In this document: positions 51,219 through 63,749 of the stretch, in pieces | Numbering within the stretch: the stretch's first letter is position 1 | Layout: the number at the start of each line of letters is the position of its first letter | Origin: Ramazzottius varieornatus | Lineage: Eukaryota; Animalia; Tardigrada | Direction: 5' to 3' | DNA length: 64,000 nucleotides | Assembly: GCA_001949185.1 (NCBI GenBank) | Contig: BDGG01000001.1 | Location: forward strand, 1,107,153-1,171,152 | Translations under genes and position numbers: made by a program | The notes under the pieces: model-generated | What the model saw: only the letters and a program-made list of their open reading frames with translations | The model's database searches: none | Told to the model about the DNA's origin: nothing

Positions 51219-52424
51219 CTACCTTTGGCAGCAGATATTCCTTCTCGAAAACCTATCTCTGAAATCAAAATAGTCTTTCTCCATGTACGGATTACACAAG
51301 TAATTCAACAGAAACTGGATATCGATGTTCCTGGTTGTCGGCCCAACGTGGAGCCCGTCCGGAGTATCATCGATCTGCAGGTCCGTCTGCAGATACGACT
51401 CCCAGTAAATGATCTTGTTCAGTGGATCCATCAATAGGTGTTTCCGTATGGCGTTGTTGTAATACATCATGTTTTTGTTGGTCAGCTCCCTGAAAACGGC
51501 AACACTAAACAGGTTAATTCACAAATCGGCAGACGCAGGCCTAAATATATCTAACTTGTGTGAGTATTCCAAATTCAGCAGACGTGGTTCGTCCACCAAA
51601 TTTTGCGGTGTCCAAAGAACCGTACCGGTATCAGCGAACCGGTTCAGCATTTGCAAGGGTTTGATCAGATTCCTGAAAAAGGGACATTTGACCTAGGCTG
51701 TGTAAGGTCCAAATTTGCTACGTAATTGAAATTCTCCAGCCGTGCTCACTTCTTGAAGTTCCTCAAGCATTCCACTTGACTGATTTTCTGGTACGTGCAA
51801 ACCTTCATTACCCATATTCCGGCTCCGATGATGATCATGTCTGGCTTTGAACCTTTGCTTTCCAGTGTGCGGAGTGCGTGACCGAAAGTGCCGCCTTCTT
51901 CGTCCATCTCCACGGACCAGAAGAATTCAATGAGTAGGTTAGCAGTGGGTATGCTCGTAACGGTGCTCTCGTGTTTCTTGTATAGTTGCTGATCGTACGC
52001 TATAGCGGGATTGACGTAAAAGTCATGTTCTACACCGGAAAGGTGGTAAATTAGTCCATCACGAAGTTGTCGAATGCGTGAGTCGCCTATGAGCACGATA
52101 TGATTTTCCTTTCCAAGATAAACCGAGCTTTTCCGTAAGCAATCGGCCGACTCACTACAATACAACTGAATGAAGCTGGGCTTAATTAAGTTGTATCAGA
52201 AACCAGGAAACTTACTTGATGGTGCTCCGGTAAATGAGTTCACAGGGTGCGTACCAAGTTCCTTTCTGGCCAAAATCGTCCATGGCGTAAAAACCGCCCA
52301 TAAACATTGAGATGCAAGATTCGCCGGTCTCAGTGGTGACGTGGAAAATTTTATGTGCAAGATAGATGATTGTTGATATGACAAAACACAGCAACAAAAC
52401 TAGCTTTAGATAAATCTGCGCCAT
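51219..52424 (-). CDS. CASD1-like SGNH/PC-esterase-fold O-acetyltransferase or esterase; catalytic domain only, with N-terminal membrane anchor
   Basis: TM anchor LKLVLLLCFVISTIIYLA; IVLIGDSRIRQL; PDMIIIGAGIW; PDGLH; LLNYLCN..CCQR* (cf. CASD1 DGLH..MNVYCN..SCCQP). Confidence 0.8.
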
Positions 52425-53230
52425 ACCCCTGAAGTCAATAAAAATTTGAAGACTTTCTACCTGCCGAGTTCTACCCATACGGTATTCTCGGTGAGCTTCG
52501 CCGTATTGCCAGTAAGTACACCGTCTGGACCTGTCAGCAGTCTGTTTACGATCGAGCGACTGTTTACCTTGCATCCTTATAGGCACGAAACTCAACAAAC
52601 CTTGGCGGTGTTACCTCAAGAGTATCGGACCGCCGCACGTGTGGTATTCCAACGTTAACGGTGTTACCCAAGCTCGTACAGCTTTCATAACCTTCGAGTG
52701 GTATGTAGTGGAGAAAGAACCAGCGCCGGTGCTCAATAAAGAAGACGCGAATAAGCAGGACTTTAAGTGGTGTCTCCTCCGTATTTTATCTTATCAGCAG
52801 ACACTCACATAATTCACTCCATCACATTCAGACGGATGGGGAAAAAAAAACTTCGGTGTTGGATTCGTCCGGTCGCTTGACTTTGCACGATTACGAGCTT
52901 CAAAATAGCGATACGGACTTGCAGTTGTCGAATCCGACAACGGGGGAACTGGTCTTCTGTCCATCATTAGGTACGTTTCCAGAGGATATTCGTAGTCCAA
53001 CCTGGACCGGCAATCCGAGCGGATACTAAAGTACGTGCGACGCACAGGCACCACGCGTGGACCTGATCGATGATGATCTCTCTGTGTGACTCTATGCAGT
53101 CTCGATCGACCGTGGGAACAAGAAATGCATCACTGGTTTATCTGGAAGATTAAAACGTCCGGGACTGAGAAACACATTTATGAAAAATGAAATTTATTCT
53201 GCCGAACGCTCTGGGATTTTCGAGTGTCAT

Positions 53231-53743
53231 TCAGAGTGGTTGGAGTGCCAGCCTGAATGCGCAAACTACGATTTTCTCAAGTTCGAAGTGCTGGGTATCA
53301 GCAATATCGGTGAACAAAGTCGGTCGTTCCGGCTTTCGTAGGTACGGCTTGCTGCTGAAGTCTATCGCGATCGTAAAAGTATGCGCGCAATGACTCCATA
53401 TAGGAACTCGAAACAACGACTTATGAAAGGCTAGATCAGAACTGATACCGATCGATGCATAAGAATGATGTGGTTCTAAAAGAAGTCCGAAACCCTGTAA
53501 TAGACAATCATATGACTGATCATGGGGAACAAAACAGGACTCGTGTAGTCCTCTCGACATTGACGTAGGGACACCGTTCATATCGACATTGATTGTTTCA
53601 ATAAAAGAACTGTGTGCCATTCGAATCATCAATCCAATCAAGCTTTGCGGGAAGTGACTTGGTAGGTTAGCGACGATTCCATCGAGCTCGAAAAGTTCAG
53701 GTTTCTTTCCATCATAAAATGAACTGCTAAACAGGGTGGCCAT
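53231..53743 (-). CDS. Hypothetical protein (~170 aa) immediately downstream of the CDC42-like gene
   Basis: Uninterrupted open frame with protein-like composition; no family recognised. Confidence 0.3.
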   Translation of the reverse strand: MATLFSSSFYDGKKPELFELDGIVANLPSHFPQSLIGLMIRMAHSSFIETINVDMNGVPTSMSRGLHESCFVPHDQSYDCLLQGFGLLLEPHHSYASIGISSDLAFHKSLFRVPIWSHCAHTFTIAIDFSSKPYLRKPERPTLFTDIADTQHFELEKIVVCAFRLALQPL

Positions 53744-53775
53744 TCTGAAATCTATTCTAATGATATACTGTACCA

Positions 53776-54708
53776 TCAGGACACTCGGCACCGATGACTT
53801 GTCTCGGGCGAAGGAAGCCGACGCAGCGGTTCCAGAGCTGCCAATATAGCCTCATCGAAGACCTGCTTCACACCTTGCTGCAATAAAATCGACGAGGAAC
53901 ACCCATACGCAAATTTAGGGTTATACAGTATGGTCATACATATGTATACACTGCAGCGAGAAAATAGCGTACCCTTGTCAAAGCTGAACATTCGACGTAT
54001 TGGACTGCTCTCAGCTTCTTTGCTAGCTTTTTTCCTTGTTTCGGTGAGATAAGTTTCTGGTTGTTACCAGCTAGCCTTATTATTGTTTGGGGATCGTCTC
54101 GAAGATGGATTTGAGTACCGACCAGTAAGAAAGGCGTCCTTGGGCAATGATGGGTTATTTCCGGAAACCACTACAATACGCAGAGAACATTTGTGGTCGT
54201 TGGCAGAAAACCTACCAATCGATACCCAACTTTAGGAAAGAACAATGGAAAACAAGGTTGGATGTTCGGGAACGAAGGATTTCACGACTGGACCGGCTGG
54301 CCAAAATTTACCTTTCCCGGAACATTCTCAAAGGACGACGGCTCGACAACAGAGAAACAGACTAGAAAAACGTCGGTTTGCGGGTAAGAGAGTGGGCGCA
54401 TTCGGTCATAATCTTCTTGACCAGTCGTATCGAAGGGACTGAATTTGTACAGTTCACCGCCGCACGCCACCATCGCGGTATAATTGTCGAAAACCTATGG
54501 AAAGAAATTTCAAACTCATCTTCTTCAGAAAGATACAGTGCAATGGCCGAGACAGTGAAATAATGAGGATGATAAGCGACACCTTTGGGATGTGTGACTC
54601 TTCGGGGTATTTAATGGCCATGTACGAGGCAAGAAGCGATGTCTTTCCAGCAGCTGCGTCTCCAACCACCACACACTTCACTTCCTGCGTTTCCTCTGCG
54701 AGAGCCAT
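53776..54708 (-). CDS. CDC42: Divergent CDC42-like Rho GTPase; 4 exons
   Basis: [91 protein letters not shown], terminal CRVS. Confidence 0.88.
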
Positions 54709-57700
54709 CTTTCAGCGGAACATGTTGCAAAATTAAAAGAACAAAGAAGGATGAGTCGATTATTGAAGGAGCATACTGTATACTGCATTGGTACATCAGT
54801 GCGCGGGACCTGCCAACTAATGCAAACAGCCTGCAGATCGAGCTGTGAGGAAGTCAGGGTATCTAATCGCTATCTTGCGTAAATAAAACAGGTAAACAAG
54901 AAGTCGTCCAGGGTACGTCGGAGGTTCTGGGCGGATACAACTTTTCCTCAACGTCAGTTTTGAGCAGGTGAGAAGGTCTGTCGGCAGCTCTAATAAACTG
55001 CAGACGAGTTCCGTTACTTTTTGTTATCTAGTCTGTATTGTAAGAGTGGAGATAGTTGGTATCTTGGATAAACAGTCACCCTCTTCTGCGTAAATCAATC
55101 CATCTAAACGGAAACCGAAAACCAAGGCATTTTCTTCTTTGATCTAACTCAAGCTCCATATCGTTCCTTGGGAAGCCATTAGGCCCTGCTCGTTGAAATT
55201 GCTTCCTTGTTGAACTTTGACAGTTAATTCGAAAGTCATGCTCCCTATCCACTAATCCTTCTTTAGTACCCTGGCTCAGTCCCTCAGCTTTTCCTGGGGT
55301 ACCGGCTAACGAGTCTAGCCAGACTGTCCCTATTGTAAAATTTTCTTGTAGCGGGACTTCCTGCTTCCGTCACTTGCAGTAATGCGTTATTTATCGTCAA
55401 CACGTAGCATTCACCGATGCTTGACTTCATTCGCAAGCAGATAACCAAGACTAAAGTGACTAAACGCCACATTCACAAAGTCAAATTGACATTAAAGGCG
55501 AGACAATATGCGACAGCTTGATCTCATTTCCAACAATCAAATTATCACTTCGACCTCGAAATCCACGTATACGTATACAAGGCAAAGTATAAGTCGAATT
55601 TGTGATGGAACATTTTCCTTCAATTATTTCCAACGGAATTACTGCGTCCCCAGATCTCGTGCATGCAAGTGGCCACAGCAGTGATGAAAACCAACACCGG
55701 TACCCTCTCATGCAGCACTCGTCGACGCTCGGTACAGATCTGGTTCTGCGTGTGACAGCTTTGTTGTGCCAGCGGAAGTTGACCAAGGCATTGGGTAAAG
55801 GGGAAGTCATTGTGCCATCAGCCGGAAGCGCTTGTGCTCGGAGTGGGTCCTTATCATTACAGCCGTAATAGCCCTAGTGCCACTGGGGCAGCTCAATAGC
55901 CTACTGTTGATCGATTTCCCCACAGACCAATTACCAGCGGACTCTGATAGAGCTATCTGTTGTTCGTTTTCTCGGCTGGTTACTTTCACCTCGTCTCAAA
56001 CAGATGCCTATTCCCAACTTGTCGAAATGTAGCTGCGTCCTATCCTCTAGATGACCCTGCTTTTGCAACTCGGTTTTGAAAGCAGTGTGGGAATTTTTAT
56101 CCTTGAATTCGTTATGTGGGCTCTGGCTAGCCCGAAACCAGTCTCAAAATGTCCGAGGGTTTTCGGGTTGCACGAGGAAGTTTTACTGAACAACGGAACA
56201 GATGAGGAATTCACCGGTAAGCGGCAAATGATTGGTAGCCTACTTACCGTACATCTTCTATCGCTTAAGCTTCATTCCACTGTAAGCCAGTCGAAGGTGC
56301 ACAGACACGGTACAGTGCACCTTCGACTGGACAGCTGGTCATTATTATTACGACAGCCGGTGCTTACCTTTGGCGATCGACCATTTCATCGTCATACCTC
56401 TAGCGGGCTTTTCTTCTTCGACCATATCTGGCTTATCAGTGGAGAGAAGAGCAAGACCGTTGGCAACTTCATTGCAACACTTTTCAGTCGATGGACGCTG
56501 GTTATCAATCATCGATGTGTACGCCTGAGTGTTCATTCTTGAGACTACTACACTTTGTCCATCTTTACCGCTTATCAAGCGACCACCTTTACGGTTCTCA
56601 CCGCTGAAGTATTTGCCTAACTTGGTTTGGCGGTTAGCTTTCTCACGTTGACCACTTCATCCAAGGCGTCGGCACTCCGACTTCTGCAGGAAATACAACC
56701 TCCGAGCAGCCATTGCCGCAATATACACTCGACAACCGAATCACATTCACTGGTTTTCTCCATGTACTTCCGTCCGGAAATTCAATTGGGAAATATTTAC
56801 GGCCTGAGATCCGTGAGATTCCGTTTGCAGGATACAAGGTAAGTTTCAAGACATTATGCGAGTTGTAGATGTAGAGACATGGAGGGGGGGGGTCGAAATC
56901 CCCTCGAATGTCGAAGTTCACTCGTGCAATATTTCTACATGGTTTTATGGGTGGATAATTTGTGAAAATCGAACTGTGGGCGTACGTCGGTTCGGTCGCC
57001 GAAAGTTAAAACTGATATTTGTTCGTGGTGGAAAACATGCAATGACACTGGTTTATGTAGGTGACCGCGTTTAGACCAGCATAAGTTAAGCGCACGATAC
57101 ACTTTTGATGGACGAGTATTCTCCGCCTGAACAACTTTTAATGACTGTTCTTTCATCAATAAAATCTGCAGCTCGATACTAATGGAGTTCCCTCTTTCAA
57201 ACTCGGCACGCAATGTATCCGCCTTCCTTATGCTAAACCTCATTCCATTCTCGCCAAAAGGCGCAACACTCCAACACCTTACTCACAATTCTGACACGTC
57301 AGAGACTCATTAAAGTTGAATTAGCTTAAACTGGACCGACTTCAGAAGATCAGAAACAGAAATCTCAATTTTCGTCGGATTTTGTTCCAGTATTTTTGCG
57401 TGACGGAATCTGGCATCGATCAGCTGTAAGTACAGCTCCCGAGCGACTCTAAACGCCGGCTCGGAAACTGGTTTTTGCGGGGTAGTAATCATACAGCTCG
57501 AAATTGCTCACAGTGGTCAGTTCCGCTCTCTCATTCATAGCTCCGACCATATGGCACCGTTTTACGTTTTTGTCAATAAACCGGCATGATTGATGAATGC
57601 TGTCTGATTGCAAATATCAAGCAGAACAAAATTGCCCGAAACGTGAACTTCTTTCTCGCTCAATTGCAAAAGCAAAGGCTACACTACAATCAGTTAAACG

Positions 57701-58458
57701 CGGAAGTACTGTGAAAACAGCTCAACCAGGTTGAACTGAAAGCTTGACCGTTTGACTTTTCATTCATTTTGTGTTGTTTTTTCTATAGACGACAGTCAGT
57801 CCGAAGGATGGACCACAAATGACACAGTAACTTTTCACGCAAGCTATTAACAATTAGTTTATAGTCAGCTTGCATCCATCGTCGAAAGAAATGTCCCGGG
57901 CGGAAATGTAATTCCAAAGCGACAACAAGGACATCTGGAAGGATAGATGGCGCTGCGATCAGAGATCATTGTGCAGTGTGAAGATTTCCTGACGTCTCGA
58001 GTAGCGCAACAGGTAATGCCACTCGTTTGAGTATCAGTAACGCAAGAAATCTTTAAAAATGATTCTTCGAAATTTCGCCGCTCTCCGTCCGTTTTAAAAC
58101 TCCCATAAGTTTTTGGTGTGTTTTTTACGTCGGGGGGAAGTTTTGACAAACAGAGAGAGCCTCGGTGGCACGGAGCTGTGGACCATTTTCCTTCGACCTT
58201 TATATCATCAAATGATCAAAATGTAGTACACGTACGACGAGAAATCAAGAATCATGGAACAAGCGAAAAGGACGGCGAAATGGCAAAGCGTGGAGAAGCG
58301 TCGATACGTGTATTAGAGTGAATCTCCCGTGTCCGTACGCGCTCCCGTACCGAAAATGCTTGTCCCATGATTTTTTTCACTGTCCCATTATTTATCATGG
58401 TGCGTGCACAAGATGCCTTGCTTGGACCTCCAACCGGTATTGGCTAATCCATTTTTGT

Positions 58459-61400
58459 ATGACCCACTTTCCGCAGATCAGCCAGTCATTCCACCAAGTA
58501 CCTCAACAGCAGCAACCAGTATCCCGCTCTTGCTCGAACGGACGTCAACCGGTAGTGACCAGCCGTCGCCTACCGGTGGATCACGTTTCCTATGATGATC
58601 CACCTGATACACCACAAGCGCCGCTTATGCTTAACTTTACATCCTTGTTACCCGATGATATTAGCCATGGTTGCTGGACCGAAAGCGAGCTTAGCCCCGG
58701 TGATTCCGCGGTCTACAGCGACGATTTCAGTCCAGATGGCGATACTTCATTTTCGCATCCTCTGAGTACATTTGACTCGGGTTACTCATACGCTGGTCCT
58801 TCAACGCTACTCTGTTTCGACTCTGCAAACCACCATTCGGTACTTGAATCCTGTTCGGACCCTGATACTCGTTCTGACCAAAGCTCGGACTCGATCAGAT
58901 GCAGTCTCTGCGCACATCCGGACCAGCAGCTGGGGTTAGCTGAGGTACCCAGGTGGAAAAGTAACTGGTCGCTGGAAGACCTGGAGCCTATCGAGAGGAA
59001 ACGGCAGAAACGGCCCAGTGTGCCACTCTACATTCCAATACCCAAGGACCAAATGAGACCACGCATCGGTGTACGGTAAGAGCCTGTGTCGCTGTTGGGC
59101 CGTTGGAATGTACAATACGTCGGAAAGGAAGTGAAGAAACGATTTGAGCCAGATCGTTTTTCCCAAGTGGCGCACTCTTCCGACCAACAGCAATAATGAA
59201 AAGCGCGCCACTTGCGAACTGGACAAGATCGTCTTCCGAAAAGGCGCACACGCAGAGCCAATAACAGTGCAACTTGCTCCACTTGGGATAACGGTCCGGT
59301 TCAGTTCATTTGCCTACGTGCCAAGTATTATCTTTGTAGGGAGATCGATGAAGTTTCGGAACTTTCCAATGTTCCATCGCCCGATGGGTCTTCCGGTATT
59401 TCCTCGTCGTCGCCGGCCAGTGATACGGAGTGTTTCGCTGAAGAAGGTGCCTTCCTGAGCCAGCTCCATGACTGCCGTGTGGGTGTGGGACAAGTGGCGC
59501 GCTTCCGATGTCAGGTGACAAGAGGTCGCGCCGTGTCAGTAACGTGGCAGCACGGCGACAAAGTAGTGGAGAACGGCGGTCGATATCGCCTGTACCGCAG
59601 TGGCGACACCACGCACTCACTTGAAATCTACTTCGTTACATTGGCCGATGCCGGTGTCGTGGTTTGTCGAGCCATCTCAGAAGAGAACGCTGGTGAAACT
59701 TCGGCCTACCTCAGAGTTCGCGGTGCGTAAGCAGACGTGAAGTTCCGAAAACGCGGGGATGAATTGAAGCCGGGGCCTGGTACTTCTAAAAATATTTAAA
59801 TTTCTTCAGGCTCGCAGCATATTTCATGTAAATGGTTTCATTTTGAAGATATTGAGTAGTTTCCCGTCTTTAATACCATAATGAAATACCAAATACCGCA
59901 TATTCTTCTACCGTGAAAGCTGCTGTGTTCTACAATAATTTGTGTTGGTCCACGTAGAGAGCCTACTGCCACCCCGAATTCCAGAATTCGTTTATAAAAT
60001 GGAGTCTGTGGAAACAATAGCCGGCGACGATGTGGAGCTCAGCTGCAAAGTCCGTGGACATCCGGTGCCTGCGCTGGCATGGTATTTCAACGGAAGGAAA
60101 GTCACACCGATGGACAGCGGCCTTGAAATAGGTAATGTACTTAATTTGGCGCAGTGGCGTCACAGTCGTGTTCCAAAAAGTCCGAGTATTAATCAAGTGG
60201 AAGCTACAAAGGTTTCAACTTGTCGCAAATGCTTAACGGCACAATTGTCCAAGAACTTGAAGAACTGTCCATTGGTCCGCAGTGACGTCATGACTCATGA
60301 CCATGGTCGGTCATGCGTGCTATTGTGTTTGGGTAGCCGGCTGACTTTCTTATTATTCTCCGGTTACGTCTCTGTTTTGCCGCTGGAAAACGATCTGTTT
60401 ATCCTATCCATTTGCCATGCTAATGCTGACCCTGTTGCTGTGCTTTCAGAACACATTGGCAAGGAAGAATGGCTGGTGTTGATCGACAAGGAGCGCTTAC
60501 TAAGCTCCGCGACAGTCCGCTGTGTGGCGCACAACCCCGTCGGAGAAGCCAGCTGTGCTGCCTCCATCATCCTCCTGTCAGCAGAAAATGACAATGGATC
60601 AAGAAGCAGCAGTCGCCGCGTCGAAGAAAAGCTCGTCCATATCGATAAGAAAATCACCAAGGCTAACAGTCGTGTTCTTGACTCCGCCGAAGAACTTCTG
60701 TCCAACGCTACACAGGTAAAATAACCGTTTGTATTACCTGACCGCAGTTTACTAGGATACTCCTAAATCTTTCCGAGTTCTTACGAAACCTAATTTGATT
60801 GCATTGATTTCAACCTGACTTCGAATGACTCGCGCACTGTAAGAACAGGATCGCTGAAAGTCGTTGCTGACTGAAACGGAAAATACTGACTTCCACAAGT
60901 TGCGCGTTTGGTCGATTCGAACAACGCAAAAGCGCGCCACTTTCTCTACCTCAGTCCAGTGGCGCACTCTTGCGGTTTACGGCCCTTGAGTATGCGTCAC
61001 TACACGAAATGTGTGTCGCAGTTGAAATGAATAGACATTATTATGCTTAGATGATGTCACTGGATAAACAATTGAAAGTGGTGGATTCCTACCTCGACCG
61101 TATCGAAGCCAAATTCCAGCCTGGATCAAGACGCCCACACAAAGAAGCCTCCAAGAAATCCCGACGAAAGCCTGCAGCCCAAGAAGGCGAGGCTGAACTA
61201 AGCCTGATCCAAGTGTCCTTCCCACCAACGTTAGTTCTACCACCACCACCACCTCCAACTAATTCCCCTTCACCTGGTCCGACGGCCATCATCCATCGAA
61301 CAAGTGATCCGGCTTACAGTCAGCCGGCACTTTCCTTGCCAGCAGCCCCTCCACCGTCCGTCAGTATTACCGTCCTGTCCAAGCATGTCGCTTCGGATAA

Positions 61401-63226
61401 GGTCCGAGTGGTCTTCAAGCAGTCTTTCGACCAACACCGCCGTGCTACTCCCACTGTATCTACACGGCCAGTCAGCAGTGCCGACTTCACCATCAGGAAG
61501 CCTTTGAAATATTTGGATATTCCGTTGAACGAACCTTTGAGGTATTTGGACATACCGACGAAAGCTGATCGAACGCAATGGGAGGAAGGTGTAAGGTTGC
61601 CCGCTGTGGTGCTGCGTGAAGCAAGTATGGATTATGAGGCTGTGGACAATCCCTACTCGGCTGAAAACCTGAAACGACGCGTTGCTGGTGGACCTTCTTT
61701 CTTTGAAACTGCGCTTGACCCTAAGAGCTTCCCTCCGCCGCTAACCGACTCTGATCCGTCCCAGTTCGACCGCGGTGGTGGCCAGTTTGATCCGAGAGAC
61801 CAGCACAGTAGGCAGTACGTAGTCAAGCCCAAACGCAAAGCCTCTCCTTTGAAAAAGTCTTACCTAATCGAGCCCGAAATCTTCTACCAAGCTGAATCCA
61901 AGGTAAGAATGGACGATCGTCATTGGGTATTTGTGCATGTCACTGCATGGCCTCACTGCGCAGTTTAATGTGTAAGAAATGATCGTAGTAACATCTCAAT
62001 GTAAGAAGAGCGACCCGCACAGCAGCAGCAAAGTGAAAAAGTTTACGTGGAACTCAGATCAGTATACGTAACGTATGCATTTGGCTGAAGTCAGATGATA
62101 CTTGTTTTTAATTGCGTGACATTGTGGACACGCAAACCTCAAAATACTCTTTGAGCTGCATGCATATGTGTCCAGAACCATGAAGCCAATGACTGCTCCA
62201 CTTTGGAAAACCCCAAAAGCTATACATTTTACCCGTTAAACGCTCAACACGCATAAACTATCATTTTGTGCGTAATGAGAGCTTGGCTAATTGAGGATCT
62301 AAGGTCGGTGTAGCATAACTGTGGGGAGGATGTGGGTCGACCATCTAATGAAACAACAGACGTACAGTAGCTACTCAATTAGTGTACCACATCACACGCA
62401 GGTACGTGGACTTGGCTGCGCTGACCAGCCCCATAAGAGTCAAGCGACCTGGCTACTTTTTTAATCATTTTTTGATTAGAGCAGGTTCTGCGCTCTAATC
62501 GCGGGCCTCGACATGGAGAGCTGATAGCATAGTCATTAGTGCTGATTATAAACTGGCCCTCGCTTTGTCAACAGCCGCCATTGCGTCTGCAACTGGCGCG
62601 GACTTCCATTGGCCAGTTGCAGTGGTCGGTACTTCCGATACCTTCTTCCTGGTAAATATATCCTACATAGCTTTTCCGGAAATATCATCTCGAGATAAAC
62701 GCCGGAAAACGGAACGTACGCGGTTGTCGTTTTGAGTGGCGCACGCCGCCGGCCAATAACAATGAAAATGTGCGCCAATCGAGATCGTTGAGGATCGTCT
62801 TCTTAAATGGCACACTTTTCGTTTATTATTGGCTGGAAGCGTGCTTCACTTGAGAAAAACGGTTTTGTTCGTTGCGTTTCTCCGCCTAGCGAATTTATAG
62901 GTTTAACGCTCAGGAAATTGGTTGAGCTCAAAGTACAGTAATGCAAAGTCCTATTACGTCAATGATGGGGCTTATAATAATTGTGCAAAGCCACTATGGA
63001 TGAGTTAATGTCTAAAGGAGGCTGTAGTCTCGCAATATGTCTTTGACAGGTGAATCGTGCCTCGGACCGATTACTGCGCTTAGACAATCGTATCGGTATC
63101 TTGCAAGCAGAGCTTGACGTCGAGCGAGACGCCGACATCGAGACACCCCACAAGCCGGAAGAGCTTCAGCGACTACAGTCCGCCGTTGATTACACCGCTG
63201 CCGAAATCCAGGAAACCGAACGAACG
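58459..63226 (+). CDS. Intracellular Ig I-set domain (x2) plus coiled-coil and Pro-rich protein, titin/MLCK/palladin-like domains; start uncertain, 3' end beyond 63226
   Basis: FLSQLHDCRVGVGQVARFRCQV..VTWQHG..HSLEI..DAGVVVCRA; PEFVYKMESVETIAGDDVELSCKVRGHPVPALAWYFNG..VRCVAHNPVGEA; exons about 58459-59075, 59340-59722, 59959-60131, 60449-60715, 61051-61901, 63050-63226. Confidence 0.75.
59157..59219. repeat. Dispersed palindrome copy, Ig-gene intron
   Basis: ttcccaagtggcgcac...gcgcgccacttgcgaa. Confidence 0.75.
62729..62860. repeat. Two tandem dispersed palindrome copies in opposite orientation, Ig-gene intron
   Basis: ttgagtggcgcac...gtgcgccaatcgag and ttcttaaatggcacac...gtgcttcacttgagaaaa. 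Confidence 0.7.
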
Positions 63227-63699
63227 GTAAGTCACCATTCACCTGTCGCTACTTCATGTATCAAGCGATGAACTTCCCGTTAAACCAATAATCGATAACG
63301 TGGGGCTCCAAAAGAACGTTTCCGCAGCTTGAACAGAGCATTTCAATTGTATTTTGAGCCAATATTTCCTGGCCGGTCAACTGCAGTAAACCAAGCTTCT
63401 GGCTGCGCCCTGTGCAGTGACTTTCGCTACGAGATATGTACGTAGAAGCCACAGCTAGCGGATTCGCGGGAAGAGCTTTTTAGCCAGGTAAGTTTTCCGG
63501 TTTTCGGCCAGGAAGCTTAGAGAGCGACTTGAAGAACGGTCGATTGTGTCAACTTTACAGGTGTGGATTGCTGTTTGCCGTGCTGACCGATTTGTTTGCT
63601 ACAGAAACGTTTAAGCGTCGAGACGTTACTACCGGTATCGTTAGCGGTATCGACTATCAATGAAGACTGTGTACACGAGCCTGACCTAAAGGTCGGGAT

Positions 63700-63749
63700 N
63701 NNNNNNNNNNNNNNNNNNNNNNNNNNNNNNNNNNNNNNNNNNNNNNNNN
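63700..63749. other. Assembly gap (50 N)
   Basis: Run of N. Confidence 0.99.

Noticed and set aside
55284-57492. Series of short minus-strand ORFs, possibly a decayed gene or element
   Set aside because: No identifiable motif or coherent frame
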